Shown: positions 1 through 8,545 of the stretch, piece after piece
Numbering within the stretch: the first letter of the stretch is position 1
Layout: each line of letters starts with the position of its first letter
Origin: Candidatus Nealsonbacteria bacterium RIFCSPLOWO2_01_FULL_43_32
GTDB lineage: Bacteria > Patescibacteriota > Minisyncoccia > Minisyncoccales > MHMH01
Assembly (NCBI GenBank): GCA_001819335.1
Contig: MHMH01000006.1
Span: 1 to 60,591 of the forward strand
DNA: 60,591 nucleotides
Reading direction: 5' to 3'
Position numbers and translations under genes: made by a program
Notes under the pieces: model-generated
What the model was told of the DNA's origin: nothing
The model's input: the letters and a program-made list of their open reading frames with translations, nothing else
Databases searched by the model: none

Positions 1-25
1 CGAACGTTTACACCTCGCTTTAGAA

Positions 26-54
26 TTAAAAACTCCGCAACAGGTGTTGCGAAG
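26..54 (-). terminator. Hairpin plus U-run after the Mur-ligase-like ORF
   Basis: Inverted repeat CGCAACA (36-42) / TGTTGCG (45-51). The A-run at 28-32 on the + strand is a U-run in minus-sense RNA. Confidence 0.45.
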
Positions 55-68
55 CTATTGACTATAAT

Positions 69-596
69 TCACCCCCTTAAGGCTTCGGACACTTGCACCA
101 GGTTTAAGCCTAAAGCCTCGCCGACAGCCGAAGCAGCCAGCGCGGCATAAACCTGCTCTTGGTCGGCCAGGTTTTCCAGCCAAACAGGCACAACATTACC
201 CTGATAACTTATTTTAAAATTAGCGCCCACTGCGGTCGCTCTGATATCAGCTCTGGCGCCAAAACCAAAAGTCAGAACACGGGCCTGGCTTTTGTTTTTT
301 AAGTCCCTGGCGACTTCATCATCGTCGGAATTCAAAACAAGATATGAACTCGCCGTCAAAGCTTGGACCAACAGAGACACTTCCGGAGCTTGAGTAATGT
401 CGCCGTTCACCACTAAAACGGGCAAACGCGAATATTTGATAAAAAATTCAAAATCTTGGTCAATCATTAAAACTTCTTGACCCATTTTAAAATGAGCTTG
501 CAAAACCTGATAAATCGCATCTTGGGTGATGCCCTGGGCCGCGCCTTTGACAATCACTATTTTGGGCCGTTTGAGAAAAAAAATAAGTTTATTCAT
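69..596 (-). CDS. Short stand-alone Mur-ligase central-domain-like protein (175 aa)
   Basis: Resembles the MurE/MurF middle domain (VLNSDDD, LTFGFG, YAALAASAVGEALG). The P-loop position reads KGAAQGIT instead of GxxGKT. There is no N- or C-terminal Mur domain. It is the last gene of the mraZ-rsmH-ftsL-ftsI cluster. Confidence 0.5.
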   Translation of the reverse strand: MNKLIFFLKRPKIVIVKGAAQGITQDAIYQVLQAHFKMGQEVLMIDQDFEFFIKYSRLPVLVVNGDITQAPEVSLLVQALTASSYLVLNSDDDEVARDLKNKSQARVLTFGFGARADIRATAVGANFKISYQGNVVPVWLENLADQEQVYAALAASAVGEALGLNLVQVSEALRG

Positions 597-630
597 TGGC
601 CGAATTTTTGTTTACAAAAATGAAGGTAAA

Positions 631-719
631 GATGAAAACGAAGTTTTCATCGCCGAAAATTGGGCAAAGATATTTTCTTCAAAAATATCTTTTTCAAATG
701 TTTCAATTTTGAAACATTT
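631..719. repeat. Three tandem perfect AT-rich hairpins in the ftsI / Mur-like spacer
   Basis: GATGAAAAC-GAA-GTTTTCATC (631-651); AAGATATTTT/AAAATATCTT (667-691); AAATGTTTCAA-TT-TTGAAACATTT (696-719). Confidence 0.6.
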
Positions 720-734
720 AACTAAATTGAAAAT

Positions 735-2399
735 TCATTGAACATGGTCGGGCGGTATTTGCTCATAATCAATAATATATTTGGCTAAGGTTTGGAACAG
801 GGGCACGGCCGAATATTCGGCAGTTTTGGTAGCTGGGTTGTCCAGCTTGACCAGAATCAGGAACCTGGGATCAAAAGCCGGAGCAAACCCGATAAAGCTC
901 TGCCAGGTCTTGTCGGAATAGCCTCTTTTATCCATGCCTAAAGCAGCAAAAGAAATCTGGGCGGTGCCGGTTTTGCCGGCAATATAGTAACCGGGGATAG
1001 CAGCTGCCTTGCCAAAGCCGTTCTCCACCACGCTGACGAGCATGGTCGTTAGTTTGGAAGCGGTTTGCGCAGAGATAACGTTGTCACTAATTTCCGGCTC
1101 GTTGGTGGTAAGCAAATAAGGTTTGACCAGCTTGCCGCCATTGGCAATAGCTGCAAAAGCCCGCACCAATTGCAGGGGCGTCATTTCAATGCCCTGACCA
1201 AAAGAAGCTGTAGCAAAATTTATTTCGCGTCCTTGTTTGAATTCAGTATTGAGAGGAGAAATTTCTCCGGCCAAATCAACACCGGTTTTTTCAAAAATGC
1301 CGAATTTCTCAACATAGTCCAGAAAACTTTTGTCGCCGACTTGGCGTTCGGCAAAAACCGCGCCGGTATTAATCGATTTTTCCAAAACATTGGTCATGGT
1401 CAATTCCCCGGGATAGGTTCTCCCCTCGTAATTGCAAACCCGGTAAGTGCTGATATTCAAACAGCCCTGGTCAAAATAAGTAGTCTGGGGGGTGATTTTG
1501 CCCTTATCCAGAGCAGCGGCCATGGTAATGGGTTTGAAAACAGAGCCTGGTTCAAAAATCTTTTGGATGGCATCATTTTGAAAAACCTGGAAATCTTTTT
1601 CCTGAAAATATTCGTTGGGGTTGAAATTGGGAAAATTAGCTAAAGCCAATATTTTCCCTGAAGCAGGCTCCATCACGATAATGTCTCCGCCCTCAATCTT
1701 TAAATCAGTTCTAGCCTGCTTGAGTAATTTTTCAGCCAGATATTGGATATGATAATCAACGGTCAAAGTAAGGTCCGAACCGGAAGAATCGGCCAGCCCT
1801 TCCCCCAAAGAAAATAAATAGCCCAAAGGCCCTTTCTCGCCCTGAAGAAGCTTCTCCTTACCCTGCAAAAGAGCGTTAAAATACTCTTCCAGGCCGTACT
1901 GGCCTTGACCCTGCTCGTTGACAAACCCTAAAAGATGCGAAGCAAAATCGCCATAGGGATAATAACGCACCCTTTCTTCGCTGAAATGCAAGCCAGTTAA
2001 TTTTTTGGCTTGCAAAGAGTCAAGCTCTTCCTGACTGAGCCTTTTTTTAATCAATTCATAAAGGCTGTCTTTTCCAGCCTCGGCCATTAAAGACGCTTTG
2101 TCTAAATTGAGTACCTCGCTTAAAATCTGAACCGTCTCCGACCTTTCTTCAGCGGGAATTTCTTTGGGAGAAAGGTAGGCAGAAACAAAGACCTGGGTGG
2201 TGGCTACGGGCAAATCATGGTTTTGGAAAAAGATTTTTCCCCGGTCGCCTTGAGTACTGACTAAAGTCTTCTGCTGACCCTGGGCCAGAGCAGCGTATAA
2301 GTCATGGTTAATAATCTGCAAAACAACTAATTGACGAAGAATAATTGCGGCGCAGAAAAAAATTAAAGCTAAGATTAAATTGACCCGCCAATGTTGCAT
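735..2399 (-). CDS. ftsI: Class B penicillin-binding protein / septal peptidoglycan transpeptidase
   Basis: N-terminal TM helix. SxxK (SVFK), SxN (SIN) and KTGT motifs. Sits after the ftsL-like gene in the dcw cluster. Confidence 0.9.
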   Translation of the reverse strand: MQHWRVNLILALIFFCAAIILRQLVVLQIINHDLYAALAQGQQKTLVSTQGDRGKIFFQNHDLPVATTQVFVSAYLSPKEIPAEERSETVQILSEVLNLDKASLMAEAGKDSLYELIKKRLSQEELDSLQAKKLTGLHFSEERVRYYPYGDFASHLLGFVNEQGQGQYGLEEYFNALLQGKEKLLQGEKGPLGYLFSLGEGLADSSGSDLTLTVDYHIQYLAEKLLKQARTDLKIEGGDIIVMEPASGKILALANFPNFNPNEYFQEKDFQVFQNDAIQKIFEPGSVFKPITMAAALDKGKITPQTTYFDQGCLNISTYRVCNYEGRTYPGELTMTNVLEKSINTGAVFAERQVGDKSFLDYVEKFGIFEKTGVDLAGEISPLNTEFKQGREINFATASFGQGIEMTPLQLVRAFAAIANGGKLVKPYLLTTNEPEISDNVISAQTASKLTTMLVSVVENGFGKAAAIPGYYIAGKTGTAQISFAALGMDKRGYSDKTWQSFIGFAPAFDPRFLILVKLDNPATKTAEYSAVPLFQTLAKYIIDYEQIPPDHVQ

Positions 2400-2409
2400 T
2401 TAAACATTA

Positions 2410-2700
2410 TTATTTGGCCACGACTTGGGTGCCGGGTACGCGCAAATAATGCACCTTGCCTGCTTTTTCATAGCTTAAGGTGCTTAAAATTGTTTCCAAA
2501 TCAGCCAAAGAATTAAGTCGGGGGAAAGCGCTTTCTAAAATTTTGCTCTCTTTCACCAGGTCAGCTATTCGCTTCTCGTAATTTGCAATCAAGAAACCGG
2601 CTTCGGTCGACCGGGCTACCTGGAAAACATAATAAGCCAAAAGAACGGCCATCAGCATCAAGGCGACAATCCATGAAAATTTTGGTAAAACTTTGGTCAT
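2410..2700 (-). CDS. ftsL: FtsL-like bitopic cell-division protein
   Basis: 96 aa with one TM helix followed by a coiled-coil-like segment. Position between rsmH and ftsI; 4-nt overlap with rsmH. Confidence 0.5.
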   Translation of the reverse strand: MTKVLPKFSWIVALMLMAVLLAYYVFQVARSTEAGFLIANYEKRIADLVKESKILESAFPRLNSLADLETILSTLSYEKAGKVHYLRVPGTQVVAK

Positions 2701-3545
2701 TGTATTTTTTGAGCAGCTCTTAATGTGGCGCTGCGGGCCCTCGGGTTTATTCTAAGCTCTAATAGGCTTGGAGTAATCGGTTTTTTTGTTAAGATATGCC
2801 ACGACCCTTGTTTTAAAAAATTCTTAACGATTCTATCTTCTAAAGAATGAAAGGAGATAGTCACGAGCCTCCCGCCGCTTCTTAAGATTTTCAGGGCTTG
2901 GGGCAGGGCCTTCTGTAAATTGTTTAATTCGTCGTTAACCGCTATTCTTAAGGCTTGGAAGGTTCTGGTGGCGGGATGAATGCGCTGCCTGCCCCGGACT
3001 GATTTTTTAATTATCTCTACTAATTGGAGAGTGTGTTTAATGGCTCTGGCTTTTCTCTCTTCAACAATACCTTCAGCAATCTGGGCGCTAAACTTTTCTT
3101 CGCCGTATTCTCTCAAGATTTTCTCGATATCAAACTTTGACCAGTAATTAAGTATTTTCTCTGCGCTCAATTGGTTCTTCAGACTGTATCTCATGTCCAG
3201 GGGCTCTTTTCTCTGAAAGGAGAATCCTCTGCCCGATTGTTCAAGATGCCAGGAAGAATAGCCCAGGTCAAAAAGAATTCCGCTGACTTGATCAAACCTA
3301 TTCTCTCGAACGATCTCTTTCAGGTTAGCAAAGTTGTCGCAGACCAGAATCAAATTATGACTGGCTTTATTTTTTTTGACCAACTCAGTGCTCCAATCAA
3401 TGCAAAGTATTTTTCCCCGAGGCGCAATCTTTTCAAGAATGGCCGAAGCATGTCCGCCCCCGCCGAAAGTGCAATCAATGAAATGCTCGTTGGGTTTGGG
3501 GTCAAGCTCCTGCAAAACTTCTTTTTGTAAAACCGGAATATGCAT
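2697..3545 (-). CDS. rsmH: 16S rRNA (cytosine1402-N4)-methyltransferase
   Basis: N-terminus HIPVL..E......F.D.T.GGGGH is typical of RsmH/MraW. Follows mraZ. Confidence 0.95.
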   Translation of the reverse strand: MHIPVLQKEVLQELDPKPNEHFIDCTFGGGGHASAILEKIAPRGKILCIDWSTELVKKNKASHNLILVCDNFANLKEIVRENRFDQVSGILFDLGYSSWHLEQSGRGFSFQRKEPLDMRYSLKNQLSAEKILNYWSKFDIEKILREYGEEKFSAQIAEGIVEERKARAIKHTLQLVEIIKKSVRGRQRIHPATRTFQALRIAVNDELNNLQKALPQALKILRSGGRLVTISFHSLEDRIVKNFLKQGSWHILTKKPITPSLLELRINPRARSATLRAAQKIQ

Positions 3546-3556
3546 GTCAAATCAAA

Positions 3557-3988
3557 TCAAATACCCATTTCTTTTAAACGTTCGGCAATGTCGCCGACCG
3601 AGCTTTCCGTTCTCTGTTTGTGCTCGGCCCATTTTTCTGAATCCCAGATTTCAATTTTAGTGGAAAGGCCGAGTAAGGTGACGTTTTTCTTTAAAACTGC
3701 GTAATTTTTCAAAGAGTCCGGGATGAGAATTCTGCCTAATTTATCAAGCTCAACGTCCGAGGCTTGAGAAAGCATCACCCGGGCAAAATTTCTCGCATCA
3801 GCTTGAGCGGTCGGCAGGTTGGCTAATTTCTGAGCCAGCTTTCCCCACTCGTCTAAAGTATAAATCACCAAACAATTTTCCAAGCCTTTGGTAATGACTG
3901 CTTTTTCGCCCAAGTCCTTTCTGAATTTGGCCGGGACGGCTAATCTTTTTTTAATATCAATGGTGTGTTGGTATTCGCCTATTAGCAT
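3557..3988 (-). CDS. mraZ: Transcriptional regulator MraZ
   Basis: 143 aa. Duplicated SpoVT/AbrB-like halves (DIKKRLAVPAKFR and DKLGRILIP). First gene of the dcw cluster. Confidence 0.95.
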   Translation of the reverse strand: MLIGEYQHTIDIKKRLAVPAKFRKDLGEKAVITKGLENCLVIYTLDEWGKLAQKLANLPTAQADARNFARVMLSQASDVELDKLGRILIPDSLKNYAVLKKNVTLLGLSTKIEIWDSEKWAEHKQRTESSVGDIAERLKEMGI

Positions 3989-3992
3989 GGAG

Positions 3993-4150
3993 TTATCCCC
4001 TAATTACTTACTTATCCCCATAATTATCCACAATTCGCCACTACAACTCCATTATCCCCCACCTAAAGGAGCTTGGTCAAGCTCCGCCAACTATGCCAAA
4101 ACACCTAAAAAAAGCCCTTAAAGGGCTTATTTATCCACTTTTTATCCACA
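3993..4150. promoter_or_regulatory. Array of six same-orientation TTATCC(A/C)C boxes upstream of mraZ (MraZ operator or DnaA boxes)
   Basis: Boxes at 3993, 4012, 4024 (TTATCCACA), 4052, 4131 (TTATCCACT) and 4142 (TTATCCACA). A putative minus-sense promoter TTGACC-N18-GATAAT overlaps box 4. Confidence 0.6.
4105..4128 (-). terminator. Intrinsic terminator after the DUF4015-like gene
   Basis: AAGCCC-TTAAA-GGGCTT stem followed by a U7 run in the minus sense. Confidence 0.6.
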
Positions 4151-4151
4151 G

Positions 4152-5447
4152 TTAGATAAAAATGTTAGTATATATGTTAGCCGAATTCCATAAGAGCCAG
4201 CCAGCGGTGCCGGCGTCCTCGGCTGCTTGAATTTGAGCCTTAATTTTTTCCGCGTCGTAAAAAATACCTCTTTCCGTATCAGCTTTCAAATTAAAATCCT
4301 GCAGCCAGGGACGGATTTTAGCTGGCAAGCCGAATAAAGCAAAATAATCGTAAGCTTGCAGTACTGAACGGAAAATAACATTGTACGGATTGTTGGAAAC
4401 TAAATGAGCGGTAGAAGTGGTGGTCTCGTCCTGATAAGGAAAGTACAAAGCCGGCAACTGGCGGGCGGAGTCGGCTGGAACCCTGAAGCCGCCGTAAAAA
4501 TGGCTGGGATAAAGCATAAAAGAAAGATAATCGAAATATCGGCCGGCATCAACCAGCCGCTGGCCGATTTCATAACTTTGGAATTGGGTGGCGACATAGC
4601 CGAAAATGTCTACGGATAAAATAACCGAAGGCTTGTATTCCCTGAGACTTTGGGAAAGTTTGGCAAAAAAATCGCCGATCCACGCTATTTTCTCCTGGCC
4701 GGTGACTTCATCATAATCGTCCGGGTAGCGGATGTAATCAAACTGCAATTCGTCAAAGCCATAATCAACGGCCTTTTTCGAAAACTCAATGAGATAATTT
4801 CTCACCTCCTCGTTTTTGGGGTCCAGCCAATACTGGCTGGCGTTATCCTGCCAGAGCACCATAGTGCTCGTGGCTTGCCCTGAGTCTGTCGAAGTGGCGT
4901 CAGTGGTGGTGGTCAGATACCAATGCGGTTTTTCATTTGTTAAAGAAGCATCTCTAAAAACTACGATTCTGGCGATCACCCAAGCATCTTTTCGGTGCAA
5001 CTCATTAATAAAGGTCTTTAACGAAAGAGACAAATTCGGCCCGTAAGCCTCTTTGATATCAATCACCACACTGTTCAATCCGGTCTCATCCAGCAGCTTA
5101 ACAATATCTTGTCGGGTTTTAGAAGCAATCGGGGTTTGAGAATTGGCAATAAATTCATTAAGATAGACGCCTCTAACTTTACTTGATTTTTCCTTGGCTG
5201 TTTGTATTTCTTGGATAAACTTTTGGGTTTGAGCAATCACCTCCGCTGACTTTTCGAGCAGTTCTTGGACCGCAATATCTAATGGGGTGGTCGTGCTCTC
5301 CGCTAAAACTACTTCTTCATTTTTGATAACGGGCTGAGATGGTACATAGGCCGTAGTGGGCCGATACTTGTAAATAAAAATTCCTCCGGCAATTAAAGCC
5401 AGGAGGGTGGCAAATAACAAAATAATTAAAGTCGCTCTAACGGACAT
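4152..5447 (-). CDS. Membrane-anchored putative glycoside-hydrolase-like TIM-barrel protein (DUF4015-like)
   Basis: N-terminal TM helix. Motif block YWLDP...GFDELQFDYIRYPD resembles the GHL/DUF4015 family. Confidence 0.6.
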   Translation of the reverse strand: MSVRATLIILLFATLLALIAGGIFIYKYRPTTAYVPSQPVIKNEEVVLAESTTTPLDIAVQELLEKSAEVIAQTQKFIQEIQTAKEKSSKVRGVYLNEFIANSQTPIASKTRQDIVKLLDETGLNSVVIDIKEAYGPNLSLSLKTFINELHRKDAWVIARIVVFRDASLTNEKPHWYLTTTTDATSTDSGQATSTMVLWQDNASQYWLDPKNEEVRNYLIEFSKKAVDYGFDELQFDYIRYPDDYDEVTGQEKIAWIGDFFAKLSQSLREYKPSVILSVDIFGYVATQFQSYEIGQRLVDAGRYFDYLSFMLYPSHFYGGFRVPADSARQLPALYFPYQDETTTSTAHLVSNNPYNVIFRSVLQAYDYFALFGLPAKIRPWLQDFNLKADTERGIFYDAEKIKAQIQAAEDAGTAGWLLWNSANIYTNIFI

Positions 5448-5454
5448 CTTAAGT

Positions 5455-8019
5455 TTATTTGATAACGAGAGTAAATTCCTGGGGATTGATTTCCACCTTG
5501 TCCCCTCTTTTCAGCGTGCCGGATAACAAGGCCGAAGCCAGCGCATTCTCCACTTTGTCTTGGATGGTTCTTTTGATTTGCCGGGCGCCGAAAGTCGGGT
5601 CAAAGCCCAACTCCACGAGCTTTTCTTTCAAGGCCAGGGTGACTTCCAGCTCAATCCCCTTTTCTTTAAGGTTTTTCTGCAAAGAACCCAGCATGAGCCC
5701 GACGATATCCAAAAGATTTTCCTGGGACAGCGGGCCGAAGACCACGACCGCGTCAAACCGGTTGATGAATTCCGGCCGGAAGATGGCTTGTTCAAAGACA
5801 TAATCCAGAAGTTTCTGCTTGACTTGAGACCATGCGGTTTTTTCTTTCAGGGCCTGCAGAATGACCTGATAGCCGGCGTTGGAAGTGGCGATGATGATGG
5901 CACTCTTAAAGTCAACTTTTCGGCCCAAACCGTCGGTCAAGCGGCCCTCGTCCAACACCTGCAAAAACAAGTTCAGAACATTGGGATGGGCCTTTTCGAT
6001 TTCGTCCAAAAGAATCAAAGAAAAAGGTTTTTCTACGATTTGAGTAGTCAATAAGCCTTCCTCGCCCGGAGAACCGATTAAACGAGCAATATCTTTGACA
6101 TCCTGGAACTCCGACATATCCAATCGCACCATGCTGGCCTCGGAACCAAAGTAGATTTGAGCCAGGGCCTTGGAGGTTTCGGTCTTGCCCACGCCGGTCG
6201 GGCCCAAGAACAGAAACGTGCCCATGGGCCCTTTTCTGACATTCACTTCAGACCTGGCCCGCCTTAAAGCCGTGGAAACCTCTTTGACCGCTTCGGCTTG
6301 ATTGATAATGCGCTGATGGATTAAGGCCTCCAGATTGAGCAGGATTTCTTTTTCTTTTTTCTCCATTTCGCCCACCGGCACGCCGGTTTTTTCAGTGATG
6401 ATTTTAGCGATATGCTGGGGCAGCACCACCCTGTCCCTGGTTGATTTCTTGACATAAATGAGCACTTCATCCAATAAGTCAATGGCTTTTTTGGGAAAGG
6501 GCAAGGCAGGCATGTAGCGCTTGGTTAAAGACACGATTTCCCGCAAAGCCGGATAGCTGATGAACAGCTTGTATTTCTGCTCTAAAGCTAAAGTGAGGTT
6601 TTCCAAAATCCTCATGGTTTCTTGCTCGGAAATCTCCGGCACCTCGACTTTTTCAAAAAGACTCAAAACCGAAGGATTCTGCTCAATGTTTTTATGGAGT
6701 CCGGCGTAAGTCGTCACGGCCACAATCTGAAATTGAGGCAGATTTAAATAAGGAGCAATGGCGCCGGAAATATCCAGCTGGCCCGGACCCGGCTTCACGG
6801 CAATGAAATTATGGAAATCGTTGATGACCAAGATAACGTTGCCGGCTGAAATCGCCTCCTGGAAGATTTGGTCCAGCTTTACTTTTACAGCTTCTAAATC
6901 GCTTGTTTCAGCCAAAAGACTGGTTAAATCAAACTCCACCACTCGCTTATAATTGACATCGGGCAGACTCTGGCCCAAAACCGCTTTTCTGACCAGGCCC
7001 TGGATAATGCCTTTTCTACCAATACCAGGAGCCCCAACCAATAAAACGTTATTATACTCTTGCCTAGCTAAAACCCTTTCTACCTGTTCAATCACTTGGG
7101 CGTGGCCGATAATTTCAGGGAAACCTTGTTTCTTGGCAATTTCCGTCCAGTCAACGGAATATTTGTCCAAATGAATCGTGTAGCCGGCCGTCCATTCTTT
7201 GGCGAGAGTCCCTTTTTTCATTAGGTTCGGCCAGTCCCACCATCTCTTCCGCTCAGCCATTCTTTTTTTCAAAGATTCCAGCCACCAGGTTAAATTCTCG
7301 ATGTCTTCTTTTTTCAAATTGGCCTCCATTAAGATTTTTTGGAAAACCGGATCGTAAATGGCCAACGCCGACAAAACATCGCCCACGACCACTTGCTCGT
7401 GCTCTCTTTTTTGAGCTATTTTCAGCGACTGCCAAATGGTGTCTTGATAATCTTGGGCGTAACCGACGCTGGACTTTTCCTTTTTCAGGTACTCTTTCAG
7501 CTGATTCTTCAACATGGATTTAATCTCTCTGATGTCTAAAAGGTCTCTTTGAAAAATAAATTCCAGGCCCGAGCTTTTATCAAGCAGGAAACAAAATAAG
7601 CAGGCGGAGTTGGTCAGGGGAGACTTGGGAGACTGGGCGAATTGGTCAGCGGCCGCCACGGCTCGGGCTGTTTCAAAATCCAAGAATTCCGCCAGATTCA
7701 CGTCTAATTTCTCTAAAGCATCTTTGATGGTGGCTGACAGGGCTGGTCTTTTCAGTTTATGCTCAAAGAAAGCGTTCTCCAGCCAGAACAAAACCCTCAA
7801 AGTTAAAAAAATGATGCTAAGGCCCAGCAGGGCCGAATTGGCGCTATTAGATAAATTTTCTCCCAGAAAGCCATATAAAAATATTAAAAAAACAAAAATC
7901 AATAAGACGGAAAATAATTTTCCCAGAGGTTGGGCCAGGCTGAAAACCGGGCACCGTGCCCACTTCACCGCCTGAAATATTTTTGCTGATTTAAGGTTAA
8001 AAAAGAATTTTGAATCCAT
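5455..8019 (-). CDS. Clp/Hsp100-family double-AAA+ protein with N-terminal TM helices and a degenerate first ATPase module
   Basis: NBD2 is canonical (GPTGVGKTE, LLDEIEKAH). NBD1 reads GAPGIGRKG (7012-7035) and INDFHNF. The N-terminus has 2 hydrophobic helices instead of a Clp_N domain. Confidence 0.85.
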   Translation of the reverse strand: MDSKFFFNLKSAKIFQAVKWARCPVFSLAQPLGKLFSVLLIFVFLIFLYGFLGENLSNSANSALLGLSIIFLTLRVLFWLENAFFEHKLKRPALSATIKDALEKLDVNLAEFLDFETARAVAAADQFAQSPKSPLTNSACLFCFLLDKSSGLEFIFQRDLLDIREIKSMLKNQLKEYLKKEKSSVGYAQDYQDTIWQSLKIAQKREHEQVVVGDVLSALAIYDPVFQKILMEANLKKEDIENLTWWLESLKKRMAERKRWWDWPNLMKKGTLAKEWTAGYTIHLDKYSVDWTEIAKKQGFPEIIGHAQVIEQVERVLARQEYNNVLLVGAPGIGRKGIIQGLVRKAVLGQSLPDVNYKRVVEFDLTSLLAETSDLEAVKVKLDQIFQEAISAGNVILVINDFHNFIAVKPGPGQLDISGAIAPYLNLPQFQIVAVTTYAGLHKNIEQNPSVLSLFEKVEVPEISEQETMRILENLTLALEQKYKLFISYPALREIVSLTKRYMPALPFPKKAIDLLDEVLIYVKKSTRDRVVLPQHIAKIITEKTGVPVGEMEKKEKEILLNLEALIHQRIINQAEAVKEVSTALRRARSEVNVRKGPMGTFLFLGPTGVGKTETSKALAQIYFGSEASMVRLDMSEFQDVKDIARLIGSPGEEGLLTTQIVEKPFSLILLDEIEKAHPNVLNLFLQVLDEGRLTDGLGRKVDFKSAIIIATSNAGYQVILQALKEKTAWSQVKQKLLDYVFEQAIFRPEFINRFDAVVVFGPLSQENLLDIVGLMLGSLQKNLKEKGIELEVTLALKEKLVELGFDPTFGARQIKRTIQDKVENALASALLSGTLKRGDKVEINPQEFTLVIK

Positions 8020-8377
8020 AATAAAACCCCCCCGCTAAAAGTAAGGGCAAAAAGAGCCAGGCTAAAAATACGACAACTCCCGCTGCAACCACCAAGATCT
8101 CCGTCAGTATCCCCAGAACAATGAAAACGCTCCTGAAAAACGCTCCCATGACCCTGGAAATGATGTTAAAAGTAAAAACCTCAAAATATCTCTTAAAAGC
8201 AAACCCCCGGCCGTAAGAGTAGCGGAACCGCCGCCAATGCGCAGGCCAGGTTTTCAGCAGCAAAGGCACTGACCAATAATTCAGATTGAACTTAAGGCAG
8301 TTGCGCCAACCGCCTAAAATGTCTTTGGGCGTATCAATAAACTGCCAGGCCAGATACTGAATCAAAATATTCTGCAT
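7997..8377 (-). CDS. Small multi-pass membrane protein (unknown function)
   Basis: 126 aa with hydrophobic C-terminal helices. 23-nt overlap with the Clp-like gene. Starts 3 nt after tRNA-Val. Confidence 0.5.
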   Translation of the reverse strand: MQNILIQYLAWQFIDTPKDILGGWRNCLKFNLNYWSVPLLLKTWPAHWRRFRYSYGRGFAFKRYFEVFTFNIISRVMGAFFRSVFIVLGILTEILVVAAGVVVFLAWLFLPLLLAGGFYYGFKILF

Positions 8378-8380
8378 AAG

Positions 8381-8452
8381 TGGGCACTACAGGATTCGGA
8401 CCTGTGACCTCTTCGATGTGAACGAAGCGCGCTACCACTGCGCCAAGTGCCC
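8381..8452 (-). tRNA. tRNA-Val (anticodon CAC)
   Basis: Hand-folded cloverleaf: acceptor GGGCACT/AGTGCCC, anticodon loop TTCACAT, T arm ACAGG-TCCGAAT-CCTGT. No encoded CCA. Confidence 0.9.
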
Positions 8453-8480
8453 CTGTTTTTTTATTTTATCACTTACCCAT

Positions 8481-8530
8481 AAAAAAACAAACCTTCACCC
8501 CCGACGTATCGTCGGGGAGAAGATTTGTTC
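8481..8530 (-). terminator. Intrinsic terminator after the membrane gene 8546..9223
   Basis: CCCCGACG-ATA-CGTCGGGG core within a longer imperfect stem, followed by U7 in the minus sense. Confidence 0.6.
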
Positions 8531-8545
8531 TGCAGTTATAAAAAA

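Noticed and set aside
1065-1643. A 192-aa + strand ORF and similar antisense track ORFs (e.g. 5560..6054, 14111..14482, 32482..32943, 46435..46884, 49296..49796, 56946..57638).
   Set aside because: All lie fully inside, and antisense to, strongly conserved genes (ftsI, the Clp-like gene, dnaE, gyrB, murA, NUDIX, alaS/hypothetical). They have low-complexity translations and no RBS, so they are treated as shadow ORFs.
3993-4150. The cluster of DnaA-box-like sequences as a chromosomal origin (oriC).
   Set aside because: There is no adjacent dnaA or dnaN and no obvious AT-rich unwinding element. All boxes share one orientation within a promoter/5' UTR directly before mraZ. An operator role is more economical. 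oriC is not called.
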